Positions 38,356 to 47,592 of a stretch of DNA of 64,000 nt are shown one piece after another; within the stretch, counting starts at the first letter, position 1; each line of letters starts with the position of its first letter. The DNA is from Candidatus Eiseniibacteriota bacterium (GTDB taxonomy: Bacteria; Eisenbacteria; RBG-16-71-46; CAIMUX01; VGJL01). Made by a program: the position numbers and the translations under genes. The stretch is taken from assembly GCA_034679345.1 (NCBI GenBank), contig JAXDAY010000030.1, forward strand, positions 52,925-116,924, in the 5' to 3' direction. The notes under the pieces were generated by a model. The model did not search any database. It was not told the origin of the DNA and saw nothing but the letters and a program-made list of their open reading frames with translations.

Positions 38356-40332
38356 TTGACGACAGTGAAGAGGTATGGGGTCGGAGATACGATCCATCAT
38401 GCCGACTACGGCGAGGGGATGGTCGTGGGGGTCAAACCCCGGGCCTTCTTCGACATCCTCGAGGTCGCCTTCGCCGACGGCGTGCGGCGGCTGAACTCGA
38501 ACCACCCCCGCGTCGGCGCGAAACCGGAGGCGCCGGCCCCAGCGGCGCCCGAGGCGCCCGAGGGGGAGACGAAGCCCGCGCCTCCCGTCGAGGACGGGGT
38601 GCTGCGGATCGATCCTGAATCGATCCGCGCCTTCCAATCGGTCGATGCCGTGCCCCGGGAGGGGCGCGGGCGATTCCTGCTCCACTTGAGCGCCGAGCGG
38701 CTCGCGCTGAGCCGTGGGTTCGAGAGCCTCCTGTGCCTGAACGGGGTCCGCGACCTCGAGCGTTACGACTTCCAGATCCGAGCGGTCCTCCGCGTTCTGC
38801 GCCAGATGCGAGGCCGCGGCCTCTTGGCCGACGAGGTGGGGCTTGGCAAGACGATCGAGGCCGGGTTGATCCTGAAGGAGTACATCCTGCGCGGTCTCGT
38901 TCGGCGGGCCCTCGTCCTGGCGCCCGTCTCCCTGCTCACGCAGTGGCAGGAAGAGCTGGAGCACAAGTTCGATCTGCCCTTCGTGATCCGCACTCGCGGG
39001 GAAGACTGGGGGGCGCACCCGCTTCTGATCGCCTCCCTCGACACGGCCAAGACCGAGCGCAACCGCGAGGAGATCGAGCGTCAGGGCTTCGACATCCTTG
39101 TCGTCGACGAGGCTCACCGGCTGCGCAATCACTTGACGCAGGGCTGGAAGTTCGTCGACGCCCTCTCCCTGAAGTACCTGCTCCTCCTGACGGCGACGCC
39201 GGTGCAAAACGACATGCGGGAGCTCTACAATCTCGTCACCCTCCTGAAGCCGGGAGTCCTGGGCACCTACCGGGCGTTCCGCAAGGAGTTCATGGTCCGC
39301 GGGGACAAACGGCTTCCCAAGAACACGCGCCGGCTCTCCGCCCTTCTGGCCGAGGTGATGATCCGCACGACGCGCAGCTCGACCGCGCTGAAGTTCCCCG
39401 CGCGCGACGTCCGGATCGAAACGTTCGAGCTCTCGCCCGAAGAGCGCCGGCTCTATGACGGGGTCTCGGCCTTTGTCCACGACGTCGTCTCCGAAAGCGA
39501 GCCTGAGGAGTACTCGCGCTGGCACTTCCTCCTTCTCGTGCTCCAGAAGGAGATGGGATCGAGCCACTACTCCGCGCTGCGGACCCTGGAGCGCTCCCTC
39601 CGGGTCTTTCGTAAGGGGACCCAGGCCAAGCGCCTGCACCGGCTCGTGGAGATGGCCCGCGCGGTCAAGACGAGTCGAAAGCTCGAGGGGCTCCTACGCT
39701 TGGTCGACTCGGAAAAGGACGAGAAGATCCTCATCTTCACTCAGTTCCGCCGGACCCTGGAGTTCATCGAGGAAGGGATCCGCGGCATCGGAATCGAGCC
39801 GGCGGTCTTCCATGGATCGCTCAGCTCGAAGGAGAAGGACCGCGCCGTCGAGGACTTTCGACGTGATCGCCGCGTCTTGGTCAGCACCGAGGCGGGCGGG
39901 GAGGGACGAAACCTCCAGTTCTGCCGCATCGTCGTGAACTACGACCTGCCGTGGAACCCCATGCGGATCGAACAGCGAATCGGACGCGTGCACCGGCTCG
40001 GACAGGTCCGGGACATTCGCATCTACAACTTCACCGCCCGCGAGACGGTGGAGGATTACGTGCTGCACATCCTCCACCGAAAGATCAACATGTTCGAGCT
40101 CGTCATCGGAGAGATGGACATGGTCCTCGGGCAGTGGAGCGAGCGCGAGAGCTTCGAGCAGCGGGTCTTCCAGATCTGGGCGAGCCATCGCAGCCGGCGC
40201 GATCTCGAGGAAGCCTTCGGACGCTTCGGCGAGGATCTTCTGCTGGCACGCAAGCGCTACGAGAAGATCCGCGACTATGACAAGACGATCTTCGAGGAGC
40301 TGGGGGCGGTGCCCGGCGGGGGAGAGTCGTGA
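38356..40332 (+). CDS. SNF2-family helicase/ATPase with an N-terminal Tudor-like (UvrD-CTD-like) domain
   Basis: Motifs: I ADEVGLGKTIEAG, II DILVVDEAHRLRN, III LLLTATPVQN, V STEAGGEGRNLQ, VI WNPMRIEQRIGRVHRLGQ. The N-terminus VGDTIHHADYGEGMVVGV resembles the Tudor-like RNAP-binding C-terminal domain of PcrA/UvrD. Confidence 0.85.
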   Translation: MTTVKRYGVGDTIHHADYGEGMVVGVKPRAFFDILEVAFADGVRRLNSNHPRVGAKPEAPAPAAPEAPEGETKPAPPVEDGVLRIDPESIRAFQSVDAVPREGRGRFLLHLSAERLALSRGFESLLCLNGVRDLERYDFQIRAVLRVLRQMRGRGLLADEVGLGKTIEAGLILKEYILRGLVRRALVLAPVSLLTQWQEELEHKFDLPFVIRTRGEDWGAHPLLIASLDTAKTERNREEIERQGFDILVVDEAHRLRNHLTQGWKFVDALSLKYLLLLTATPVQNDMRELYNLVTLLKPGVLGTYRAFRKEFMVRGDKRLPKNTRRLSALLAEVMIRTTRSSTALKFPARDVRIETFELSPEERRLYDGVSAFVHDVVSESEPEEYSRWHFLLLVLQKEMGSSHYSALRTLERSLRVFRKGTQAKRLHRLVEMARAVKTSRKLEGLLRLVDSEKDEKILIFTQFRRTLEFIEEGIRGIGIEPAVFHGSLSSKEKDRAVEDFRRDRRVLVSTEAGGEGRNLQFCRIVVNYDLPWNPMRIEQRIGRVHRLGQVRDIRIYNFTARETVEDYVLHILHRKINMFELVIGEMDMVLGQWSERESFEQRVFQIWASHRSRRDLEEAFGRFGEDLLLARKRYEKIRDYDKTIFEELGAVPGGGES

Positions 40333-41471
40333 AAGCCTCGATGTTCCAAGGCTTCTTGCGCGACTGGCTGGCCGTCCGGGGACTGGAGCCGCATGTGGCG
40401 GAATCAGACGTCTGGAGCTTCACCGTCCCGAAAGATCTCCGCGAGCGCCTCGGCTCGTCGGAGCTGACGTTCTCGTTCAACCGCAAGGCGCTGGCGCGCA
40501 ATCCTCGGGCCGAGCTGGCCACAGTCGGCAACCCGGTCTTCGACCGCCTGCTCGCCGTCGCGCGGGAGGAGGGCAGGATCGGGATCGCCTTCATCCGCCC
40601 CACCGGCGCGGCGCCGAGACCGCCCGCACCCGAGAAGCTCTTCCCGGATTCGGACGCCCGGTTCGGTCCTCCGATCCCGGTCTACCAGCCGATCTACCAT
40701 TTCCTCTTCACGATCACCTATCCCTCCATCGAGGCCGCCGATGAGATGGAGCTGGTGAGCGTCGACGGCACGACCCTGGAAGTCTGGGCGCAGACGCCGG
40801 ATCTGATGGAACTCTGGGAGTCGCTGGAAGACGAGGCACAGAAGGGAAGGACGGCGCTGCCCGCGCTCCCGCTGACCGAGGTCGTTCTCGCGACCGCGCG
40901 GCGGGCGCTTGAGCGCAGGATGCGACGACGGATCAAGAAGGTCGAGCAGACGAGCCATCAGCGGCTCGAGGAGGAGACTGCCTCGATCACCGTCTATTAC
41001 GAACAGCTCATCGAGGAAGCCCGCAATCAGAGCCGCCGCTGGACGACGAAGGTCGAGGATCGAGAGGAGCGGATCCGGTGGCTCCAACTCGAGTGGAAGC
41101 GCCGGATCGAGGAGGCGAACGAGTTCTGGAAGCCTCACGTCGATGCCCGCATGGTCGCCTTGGGCATCATGATGCAGCCGCGCCAGGCCTATCCTCTACA
41201 GACCCACGCGAAGGGCCGGCGCGCCGCCGTGCCGAAGGGGCCGTACCGCTTCTGGGACGAATCGACGAAGAGCCTCCTGCAACCGGCGTGCGACGCCTGC
41301 GGGCGGACTGGGCTCGCCGATGCGCGCCCATCGCCTCGCGGGGGATGGCAATGCCCCGTCTGCCCGGATCGCCCGCTGGAGCCCGAGGGGCCCGACGGTA
41401 ACGGCGCCGGCGGCGAGGCCGCGGCGAGACCATCGGCCGCGGCATTGACGCGGAAGAAGTCGGCCCGCTAA
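40329..41471 (+). CDS. Hypothetical protein coupled to the SNF2 ATPase (basic coiled-coil region plus a C-terminal CxxC...CxxC zinc ribbon)
   Basis: GTGA overlap with the SNF2 gene; central Arg/Glu-rich helical region (RRMRRRIKKVEQTSHQRLEEE...); C-terminal CDACGRT...WQCPVCPD. No family recognised. Confidence 0.55.
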   Translation: MKASMFQGFLRDWLAVRGLEPHVAESDVWSFTVPKDLRERLGSSELTFSFNRKALARNPRAELATVGNPVFDRLLAVAREEGRIGIAFIRPTGAAPRPPAPEKLFPDSDARFGPPIPVYQPIYHFLFTITYPSIEAADEMELVSVDGTTLEVWAQTPDLMELWESLEDEAQKGRTALPALPLTEVVLATARRALERRMRRRIKKVEQTSHQRLEEETASITVYYEQLIEEARNQSRRWTTKVEDREERIRWLQLEWKRRIEEANEFWKPHVDARMVALGIMMQPRQAYPLQTHAKGRRAAVPKGPYRFWDESTKSLLQPACDACGRTGLADARPSPRGGWQCPVCPDRPLEPEGPDGNGAGGEAAARPSAAALTRKKSAR

Positions 41472-41509
41472 ACTATGATTTTGCCTTTCGTCATGGGGGA
41501 GGAAATCCG

Positions 41510-42184
41510 TTGACCGAGAAGATGACCAAGGAAGAGCTGCGCGAAGATCCGGTTCTCTCCGGGCTCCTGAAGGCCAAGAACTTCATCCAGACCAAGGGGA
41601 CCTGGATCGCGATCGTCCTCGCGGTCGCGCTGATCGCCGTGATCGCCGCGCAGATCATGCAGCGCTCCCAGCAGCGATCGGAGCAACAGGCCGCCGTCCT
41701 CCTCCTGGACGGAGAAAGCCAGTCGATGAACGGGAACGCGGCGGAGGCGTTTCGGAAGTTCAAAGAAGCCGCCGACCGCTTCGGCGGAACGCCGAGCGGG
41801 CGGGTGGCGATCCTGCGCGCGGCGGACTGCCAGCTCGAGCTTGGAGGCTTGGACGAAGCGAAGCGCCTCTACGAGCAGTTTCTGAGCCGCGGCTCGAAGG
41901 ACGGGCTCCTGCGAGCCTCGGCCCTGCGGGGCCTCGCCGGGGTGTTGGACTCCCAAGGGCAGCACGAGCAAGCCGCCGCGAAGTTCATCGAGGCGGCCGG
42001 CATCGCGGAGTCCCCGCTTCGCCCCGACGATCTGGTCAGCGCCGGCAACGCGCTGATGGACGCCGGCAAGCACGACCAGGCCCAGGATGCGTTCCGCCAG
42101 GTCATCGAGAAGTACCCCGAGCATGCCCGCGTGCGCGACGCCCGCGAGGGGATCGAGGCCGCAAAGGCCCGCGCAGGCGACTGA
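41510..42184 (+). CDS. Membrane-anchored TPR-repeat protein (YfgM-like)
   Basis: A TTG start 8 nt after GGAGG; one TM helix (WIAIVLAVALIAVIAAQIM) followed by TPR-like helical repeats. Confidence 0.6.
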   Translation: MTEKMTKEELREDPVLSGLLKAKNFIQTKGTWIAIVLAVALIAVIAAQIMQRSQQRSEQQAAVLLLDGESQSMNGNAAEAFRKFKEAADRFGGTPSGRVAILRAADCQLELGGLDEAKRLYEQFLSRGSKDGLLRASALRGLAGVLDSQGQHEQAAAKFIEAAGIAESPLRPDDLVSAGNALMDAGKHDQAQDAFRQVIEKYPEHARVRDAREGIEAAKARAGD

Positions 42185-42212
42185 TCGCCCACGAATGCTG
42201 GGGCAATGAGCC

Positions 42213-42236
42213 TGGTGGGGGAGTGGCCTCCCCACC
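42213..42236. terminator. GC-rich hairpin between convergent genes (candidate bidirectional terminator)
   Basis: Inverted repeat GGTGGGGAG...CTCCCCACC in the 68-bp gap between the + strand TPR gene and the minus-strand M16 peptidase gene. Confidence 0.4.
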
Positions 42237-42252
42237 GGCTCCCGCTTCGGGA

Positions 42253-44985
42253 TCAGCGAACGACGGCGAGGACGCCGGGCCCGTTACCGCGAAATCCGCT
42301 AACGAGCTTCTCCGTGCCGGCGCCGTCGACGCGCATCGGGGCGCGGATCTCATCGTCGATGGCGGCCGGATCGCGACCGTCCATGAGGGCGAGGCCGGCG
42401 GCGTAGGCGCGGTTCATGCGAGTCGCCCGCCGCATCAAAGACCTGCCGTAGATCTGGATCCCCTGCCGCGCGATCGTCGATGAGTCGGGGGGCTGCGCGA
42501 GACCTTCCCGCAGCGCTTGCTCGAAACCCTCGATGATCCTCGGGATGTTCCCCGCGGCCGTTCCGGCCGAGGCGTACCAGAGCACCGTCCCGTCCGAAGC
42601 GCGCTCGACGCTCGATCCAATGCTGTAGGCGAGCCCCTCGCGCTCCCGGAGCTGGAACTGGATCCGCGACGAGACGATCGCATTCCAGACCTCGAGAGCG
42701 GGGAGGGAAGCCGCATCGGCGTTCCCGATCGCCCGGACCTCCAGAACGGTCGCCTGGCGGCCGCCAACCGAATCGGCAAGGACGAGAAGCGAGTCGCCTG
42801 AGGGAATGCCGCTCGAAGCCGGCACGACGCCGGAGCGAAGCGCGGCGCGCAGGTGGGGAAGGGGGGCGAAGGGGCTCTTCGGCTGAGGAGGAGATCCCGA
42901 GGGAAGGGCGCCGATCGAGCGCGCGGCGAGCTCGTGGACCATCGCGGGAGGTAGAGAAGTGGCCGCGACGAGGAGAAGACGCCTGCCAGTGAAGTACTCG
43001 GCTGCGAAGTCCCGCAGCGAGCCCGGCGTGATCGCCTCGAGACTCTGAGGCGTGCCGAAGACGGAGCGGCCCTCCGGCCGATCCCCATAGAGCGTGCTCC
43101 TGAGCAGCTCCCGCGCCCGGGCCCGAGTCCCGGCGGCCGCCTGCTTCGCCTGGGCCAGCATCGCCCCGCGTTGTTCCTCGAAATCGGCGTCCGTCCATGC
43201 GGGCGGCCCGAGGATCTCCCCGAGGATCGAGAACGCCTCATCAGCATGCTCGTCCAGGGTCTGGAGCCGCACGTAGCTGTGGCCCGAGGTGGAGTAGAAA
43301 TCGTCGTAGGGAATGTTCGGGTCGTCGGCGGTCTTCAACTCAGCGCCGATCGCCCGCAGGCGGCGGGTCAGCTCGGCCGGATCCGACCGCGACGTGCGAC
43401 TCCCCATGAGCCTGTGGAGAAGCTCAGCGGCTCCATCCTGGCCCTGGGGCTCGGTTTGTGAGCGTCCCTTCACGAAGAGATGCAAGGCGAGGACAGGGCT
43501 CTCCGGGCTCGAGAGCACAAGGAGTTCCGCGCCGTTGGGAAGCTCGGAGCGGTCGACGGCGGCAGGTTGCGTCGGGGTCGCGTCCGGCTGCGTCGTGACC
43601 GGCTTCGGCAACGCGACCGTGACGCATGGCGGCAGCGCGGAAGGCCAATCCGGCAGAATCGCCGCCATGGAGGCGAGGGATAGCGCCTCGAGCCGTTCCG
43701 GACGGCTCGCGACGGCCGCGAGGCCTTCCGAGGCGATCCGACTTCCCGCGATGACGCCGTAGTAGTGAGGCCGTTCCCTCAGGAAGAACTCCTCGGTTCG
43801 CTCCGAGACTCTCCATGCCTCGAAATCGGCTGGATCCGGGAGCGCGCGGGAGGATGCGAGGATCTCGGGCACTTCCCGTGCGCACTCGCGCCAGTCGATC
43901 GTCGCCTCCGCTTCGATCCGATAGCGGAAGAGGGATCCACTCGGCCACCCCTCGAGCCGTCCTCCTGCGGACTGAATCATGCCCGGGAAACGGCCGCGGA
44001 CGGCGGCGTTCACGGGCGCTGCCTCCTCGCCGGCGAGGAGATCGACGAGGGCCTCGTAGGCGAGAAATCCAGGTGTGCTCGGATCGGGACCAGGCCAGCT
44101 CCACTCGAAAACGCCGTTCGCGCCCTCGTGATGGGAGACGAGGGGCGTGGAGTCGCACGCGGGCTCGGCGATAGCGAAAGGCGGGGGAGTCGCTCCGGGG
44201 GGCTCCTGGCCATAGATCTCGCGGATCGTCTTCTCCATCGCGATGGAGTCGAAGTCTCCCACGACGAGGAGCGTCATGTTCCGCGCCACATAGAACTTCC
44301 TGTAGAAGTCCAGGATCGCCTCTCTAGGCATCGATCGAATCGACTGCTGGCTCCCCAGAACCGGAAGCCCCGGCCCGCTGGGGCCGAAGACGGAGAGGTT
44401 GAGCAGCCGCTCGAGGGCGTAGCCGCCTGTGTCGGTGTCGCGCGCCATCTCCTCCAGGATGATTCCGCGCTCCTTCTCGACCTTCTCGGCGGGGAGCGTC
44501 GAATGGAAGAGCATGTCCCGTTGGATCTCCATGCCGTCGCGGACTTTCTCCGCCGGGGTCACCATCATGAAGACGACATGCGTGTCGCGGGTCGTCGCGT
44601 TGTTGTAGCCGCCGATCGCGTCGACCGCGTCGTAGAGCTGCTCCTGGGTGCGGGATTCGGTCCCATTGAAGAGCAGGTGCTCCAGAAAGTGGCTCGCGCC
44701 GCTCGTGGCGAACTCTTCGCGGGCCGACCCGGAGTGGATGATCATGGAGGTTCCGATGAGCGGCGCAGCGTGGGATTCGAGTAGCAGATAGCCCATTCCG
44801 TTGTCGAGGTATCCCCAGACGGGGGGCGATTCGGCCCGGCAGGGGAGGCTTGCCGGGAAGAGGAAGATCAGGGCAGGGAACGGGCTCAGGAGCGTTCGAA
44901 CGAATGTCGCATAAGATACATTATGTAACCATGCCCATCTGCCGAATCCTCGAAATCGTGCGGATCGCACGCCTCCGCTATGCAT
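42253..44985 (-). CDS. Two-unit M16-family zinc metallopeptidase (pitrilysin/PqqL-like), secreted
   Basis: Inverted zincin motif HFLEH...E; about 910 aa, consistent with duplicated M16 plus M16_C halves. The likely start is MHSGGV... at 44985, giving an N-terminal signal-like segment; the ORF track extends to 45060. Confidence 0.85.
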   Translation of the reverse strand: MHSGGVRSARFRGFGRWAWLHNVSYATFVRTLLSPFPALIFLFPASLPCRAESPPVWGYLDNGMGYLLLESHAAPLIGTSMIIHSGSAREEFATSGASHFLEHLLFNGTESRTQEQLYDAVDAIGGYNNATTRDTHVVFMMVTPAEKVRDGMEIQRDMLFHSTLPAEKVEKERGIILEEMARDTDTGGYALERLLNLSVFGPSGPGLPVLGSQQSIRSMPREAILDFYRKFYVARNMTLLVVGDFDSIAMEKTIREIYGQEPPGATPPPFAIAEPACDSTPLVSHHEGANGVFEWSWPGPDPSTPGFLAYEALVDLLAGEEAAPVNAAVRGRFPGMIQSAGGRLEGWPSGSLFRYRIEAEATIDWRECAREVPEILASSRALPDPADFEAWRVSERTEEFFLRERPHYYGVIAGSRIASEGLAAVASRPERLEALSLASMAAILPDWPSALPPCVTVALPKPVTTQPDATPTQPAAVDRSELPNGAELLVLSSPESPVLALHLFVKGRSQTEPQGQDGAAELLHRLMGSRTSRSDPAELTRRLRAIGAELKTADDPNIPYDDFYSTSGHSYVRLQTLDEHADEAFSILGEILGPPAWTDADFEEQRGAMLAQAKQAAAGTRARARELLRSTLYGDRPEGRSVFGTPQSLEAITPGSLRDFAAEYFTGRRLLLVAATSLPPAMVHELAARSIGALPSGSPPQPKSPFAPLPHLRAALRSGVVPASSGIPSGDSLLVLADSVGGRQATVLEVRAIGNADAASLPALEVWNAIVSSRIQFQLREREGLAYSIGSSVERASDGTVLWYASAGTAAGNIPRIIEGFEQALREGLAQPPDSSTIARQGIQIYGRSLMRRATRMNRAYAAGLALMDGRDPAAIDDEIRAPMRVDGAGTEKLVSGFRGNGPGVLAVVR
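44904..44931. other. dif-like XerC/XerD recombination site (chromosome dimer resolution site)
   Basis: ATGTCGCATAA-GATACA-TTATGTAACCA: 11-bp imperfect inverted arms around a 6-bp spacer. The inner CATAA/TTATG halves match the conserved core of known dif sites (E. coli GGTGCGCATAA-TGTATA-TTATGTTAAAT). It sits in an AT-rich patch 2.7 kb from the + to minus coding-strand switch. Confidence 0.55.
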
Positions 44986-45387
44986 TCTCCCCCTCCTCGA
45001 GCGGCCCGCCTCCTCCCCACCTCTGGCGAGAAAACCGGCAGCCGCTGCATCCCATGACATCAGAACTCGTTGCGGTCCCGGGCAGCATCCGCGCCAAACC
45101 GCCCGACCTGGTACGGAACCTGCGATTCAACTCCGCGGAGGCGAGAGAGTGGACGGTCATGCGTGCATCAGGGCTCGCCTTCATTCGTCAGAGACGCTTC
45201 TGCGGTGCGCGTGAGCAGTCCCCTTGGATCGCGGACCACGAAAGTTTGAATGGCTCCGGCTCGACTCCAATCGGCACGGCATCCGCGGATGAAGCTCTGA
45301 ACCTTCGGCCGGCCGCGAGGCCGGCACAATCCAGGGCCCCCGGCTACGTGCCCTTGGGGCCCCGGATCACTTTTTTCCGCTTTCCGC

Positions 45388-46242
45388 TCAACCCAGCTCG
45401 CCGAGCCTGGCCCGGGCCCGGTCCGCGATCCACCCCTCGGACCGCATGCCGAGGAGCTTCTCGAACTCCTTGCGCGCGCCTCTGCGGTCGCCGAGAGCGA
45501 ACTTCGCCTCTCCCAGGTAATAGACCGACAGGCTTCGGCGTGACGGATCCTCAGTATCCTTCGTCAACGCCTCGAGCTCCGAGCGCGCCTCCTTGAGCCG
45601 GCCCGCCTGGAGAAGCGCTCGAGCGCGCTCGAGGCGGATCTCCTGCGCTTCCACAGATCGATCCTCGGTCCTCGAGAGCAAGGTGTCGAGATGAAGGATC
45701 GCCTCCTCGCAGCGACCACTCGCCATCAGCACCCGGGCCAGATCCTTGCGCGGGGCGGGGAGTTCCGGGTGATCCCTCAACCTCTGCCGCAGGATGAATT
45801 CCTCTCCCGAACGATCCAGGATCCGCTCGAGCAGCACGCGGAATCGCTCAGGAGGCAGATACCCCCGGGCGCTCTCGACGAGCTTGCCCGAGCGATCGAT
45901 GAACACGACCGTGGGAAACGCGCGAGCGCGGTAGGCTCGTGCCAGCTCCGGATGCCGCTCCGCGTCAACCTTGACGCAAGCGAGCCGCTGGCTCAGCGCG
46001 ATCACCGCGGTATCGGCGAAGGTCTCCTTCTCGAGGCGCCGGCACCAGCCGCACCAAGTCGTGTAGAAGCTGATCATGAGGACCCGCTCCTCGATCGCCG
46101 ATCGCTCCTGAGCCGCTTCGAAACTCGAGGCCCAATCGATACCCGGCCGGCCTTCCGCCCCGGCCTCCCCGCAGAGGACGGCCAGGAGCGTGAGACACAG
46201 AGACACGCGCCGCCCGAGCGATCCTCGCCGGCTCTCCGCCAA
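45388..46242 (-). CDS. Thioredoxin-fold protein with C-terminal TPR repeats, secreted
   Basis: Signal peptide; redox motif WCGWC in a thioredoxin-like domain; TPR-like C-terminus. Confidence 0.75.
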   Translation of the reverse strand: MAESRRGSLGRRVSLCLTLLAVLCGEAGAEGRPGIDWASSFEAAQERSAIEERVLMISFYTTWCGWCRRLEKETFADTAVIALSQRLACVKVDAERHPELARAYRARAFPTVVFIDRSGKLVESARGYLPPERFRVLLERILDRSGEEFILRQRLRDHPELPAPRKDLARVLMASGRCEEAILHLDTLLSRTEDRSVEAQEIRLERARALLQAGRLKEARSELEALTKDTEDPSRRSLSVYYLGEAKFALGDRRGARKEFEKLLGMRSEGWIADRARARLGELG

Positions 46243-46578
46243 TTAGCGGCTTCTCCCGAGCGCTTGCTCGATCGCCCGCTGCAAGGACTCCTTGGACGCG
46301 GCCCCCCCGGTCTGCCCCACGACCTTCCCCCCCTTGAATAAGATCAAAGTCGGGATCCGCTGGATCCGGTGTCGCTGGCTCAGCGCCGGATTCGCGTCGA
46401 CATCGACCCGAACGAACTTCACCGCTCCCTTGAGCTCGGCGGCGATCGTCTCCAGAAACGGGTGAATCGTGCGGCATGGAGCGCACCACTCGGCCCAGAA
46501 GTCGACCACGACCGGCGTGGGGCTATTGATGACCTCCGCGGCGAAGCTCTTGTCGGTCACGTCGATCAGATACCCCAT
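46243..46578 (-). CDS. trxA: Thioredoxin
   Basis: 111 aa; VVDFWAEWCAPCR active site; the classic thioredoxin length. Confidence 0.9.
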   Translation of the reverse strand: MGYLIDVTDKSFAAEVINSPTPVVVDFWAEWCAPCRTIHPFLETIAAELKGAVKFVRVDVDANPALSQRHRIQRIPTLILFKGGKVVGQTGGAASKESLQRAIEQALGRSR

Positions 46579-46590
46579 CCCAAACCTCCC

Positions 46591-47592
46591 TCACCGGGTC
46601 GGCGGCCGGGATCGGCCCGCCTCATCCGAGGAGCACAGACGAACGATCTCCATCTCGAGGGCCGCATCCTGCAGCGCCGAGGGGATCGCGCCGGACTTCA
46701 CGCCTCGCTCCAGCCGATAGCACAAATCGAGGAGGCGGGCGGAGTCTCCTCCCCCGCTCCCCCGCCGGTTCCAGCGCGGGTCGAGCTGACGCGAGGCGAG
46801 GATCCAGCTCACCGCCGGGACGGTCGTCGCGCTGCGCACCGCGTCCCACATCCGCAGCGCCCGCGGCAAGTCCCTCGCCCGGAGCGCCGCCTCGAGATCG
46901 TTCAGCGTGCCGACGGTCCCGCTCCGCAGCCAGTCGGCCAGATCCGATTCGGCGACCCGCGTTCCCCGGCCCAGCCTCAGGGCGAGCCGATCGACCTCGT
47001 GCTGGAGATCGAGAAGATTGGGGCCTACGGCGTCGACGAGGCGGCGCGCAGCCTCCTCGCTCAGATCGAGCCCATGTCGCTCCCGCGCCGCCCGGCGGAC
47101 GATCTCCACGGCGGCTGCGGCCGAGGGATGCTCGAGTCGGACGATCGCGTCGACCCGTTCAAGGGTGCCACGGATGAACTCTCCGCCGCGCTCCATCTCC
47201 CAGAGTGACTTCTCCGTCACGAGGATCATATGGACTCCCGGGCTCGGCGTCTCGAGGCAGCTCCAGAAATCCTGCCGATCCGCCTGCGAGGCCCGTCCGT
47301 AGCGCTCGAGATCCGTGACGATCACCAGCCGCGACTCGCAGAAAAGCCCGACAAGTCGCATGCCTGAGGCGACCTCCGAGAGAGGCGTCTCGCGGGCGGA
47401 GAAGACCTCTCGCCCGAATCGCTCCCCCTCCCCGCCTCCAAGAACCTTTTCCCGGAGCCGGCGCACGATCTCATCGCGCAGCAAGACCTCGGGACCCACG
47501 AGGAAGAGCGAGGATGGAGCCGCGAGCCGGGAGAGCGAGGTGAAGAAAGCCTCCGCCTCGTACCGGCGCCCGTCCCAGCCCCCTCTCACCAT
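46591..47592 (-). CDS. holA: DNA polymerase III delta subunit
   Basis: About 333 aa, weakly conserved but with the typical delta-subunit layout; the conserved position immediately downstream of lptE. Confidence 0.75.
   Translation of the reverse strand: MVRGGWDGRRYEAEAFFTSLSRLAAPSSLFLVGPEVLLRDEIVRRLREKVLGGGEGERFGREVFSARETPLSEVASGMRLVGLFCESRLVIVTDLERYGRASQADRQDFWSCLETPSPGVHMILVTEKSLWEMERGGEFIRGTLERVDAIVRLEHPSAAAAVEIVRRAARERHGLDLSEEAARRLVDAVGPNLLDLQHEVDRLALRLGRGTRVAESDLADWLRSGTVGTLNDLEAALRARDLPRALRMWDAVRSATTVPAVSWILASRQLDPRWNRRGSGGGDSARLLDLCYRLERGVKSGAIPSALQDAALEMEIVRLCSSDEAGRSRPPTR

Noticed and set aside
44850-45596. 248-aa + strand ORF spanning the dif site and the M16/thioredoxin intergenic gap
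   Set aside because: Pro/Arg/Ser-rich with no features. It crosses a region better explained as non-coding, covering the peptidase leader with dif and the terminator-like hairpin.
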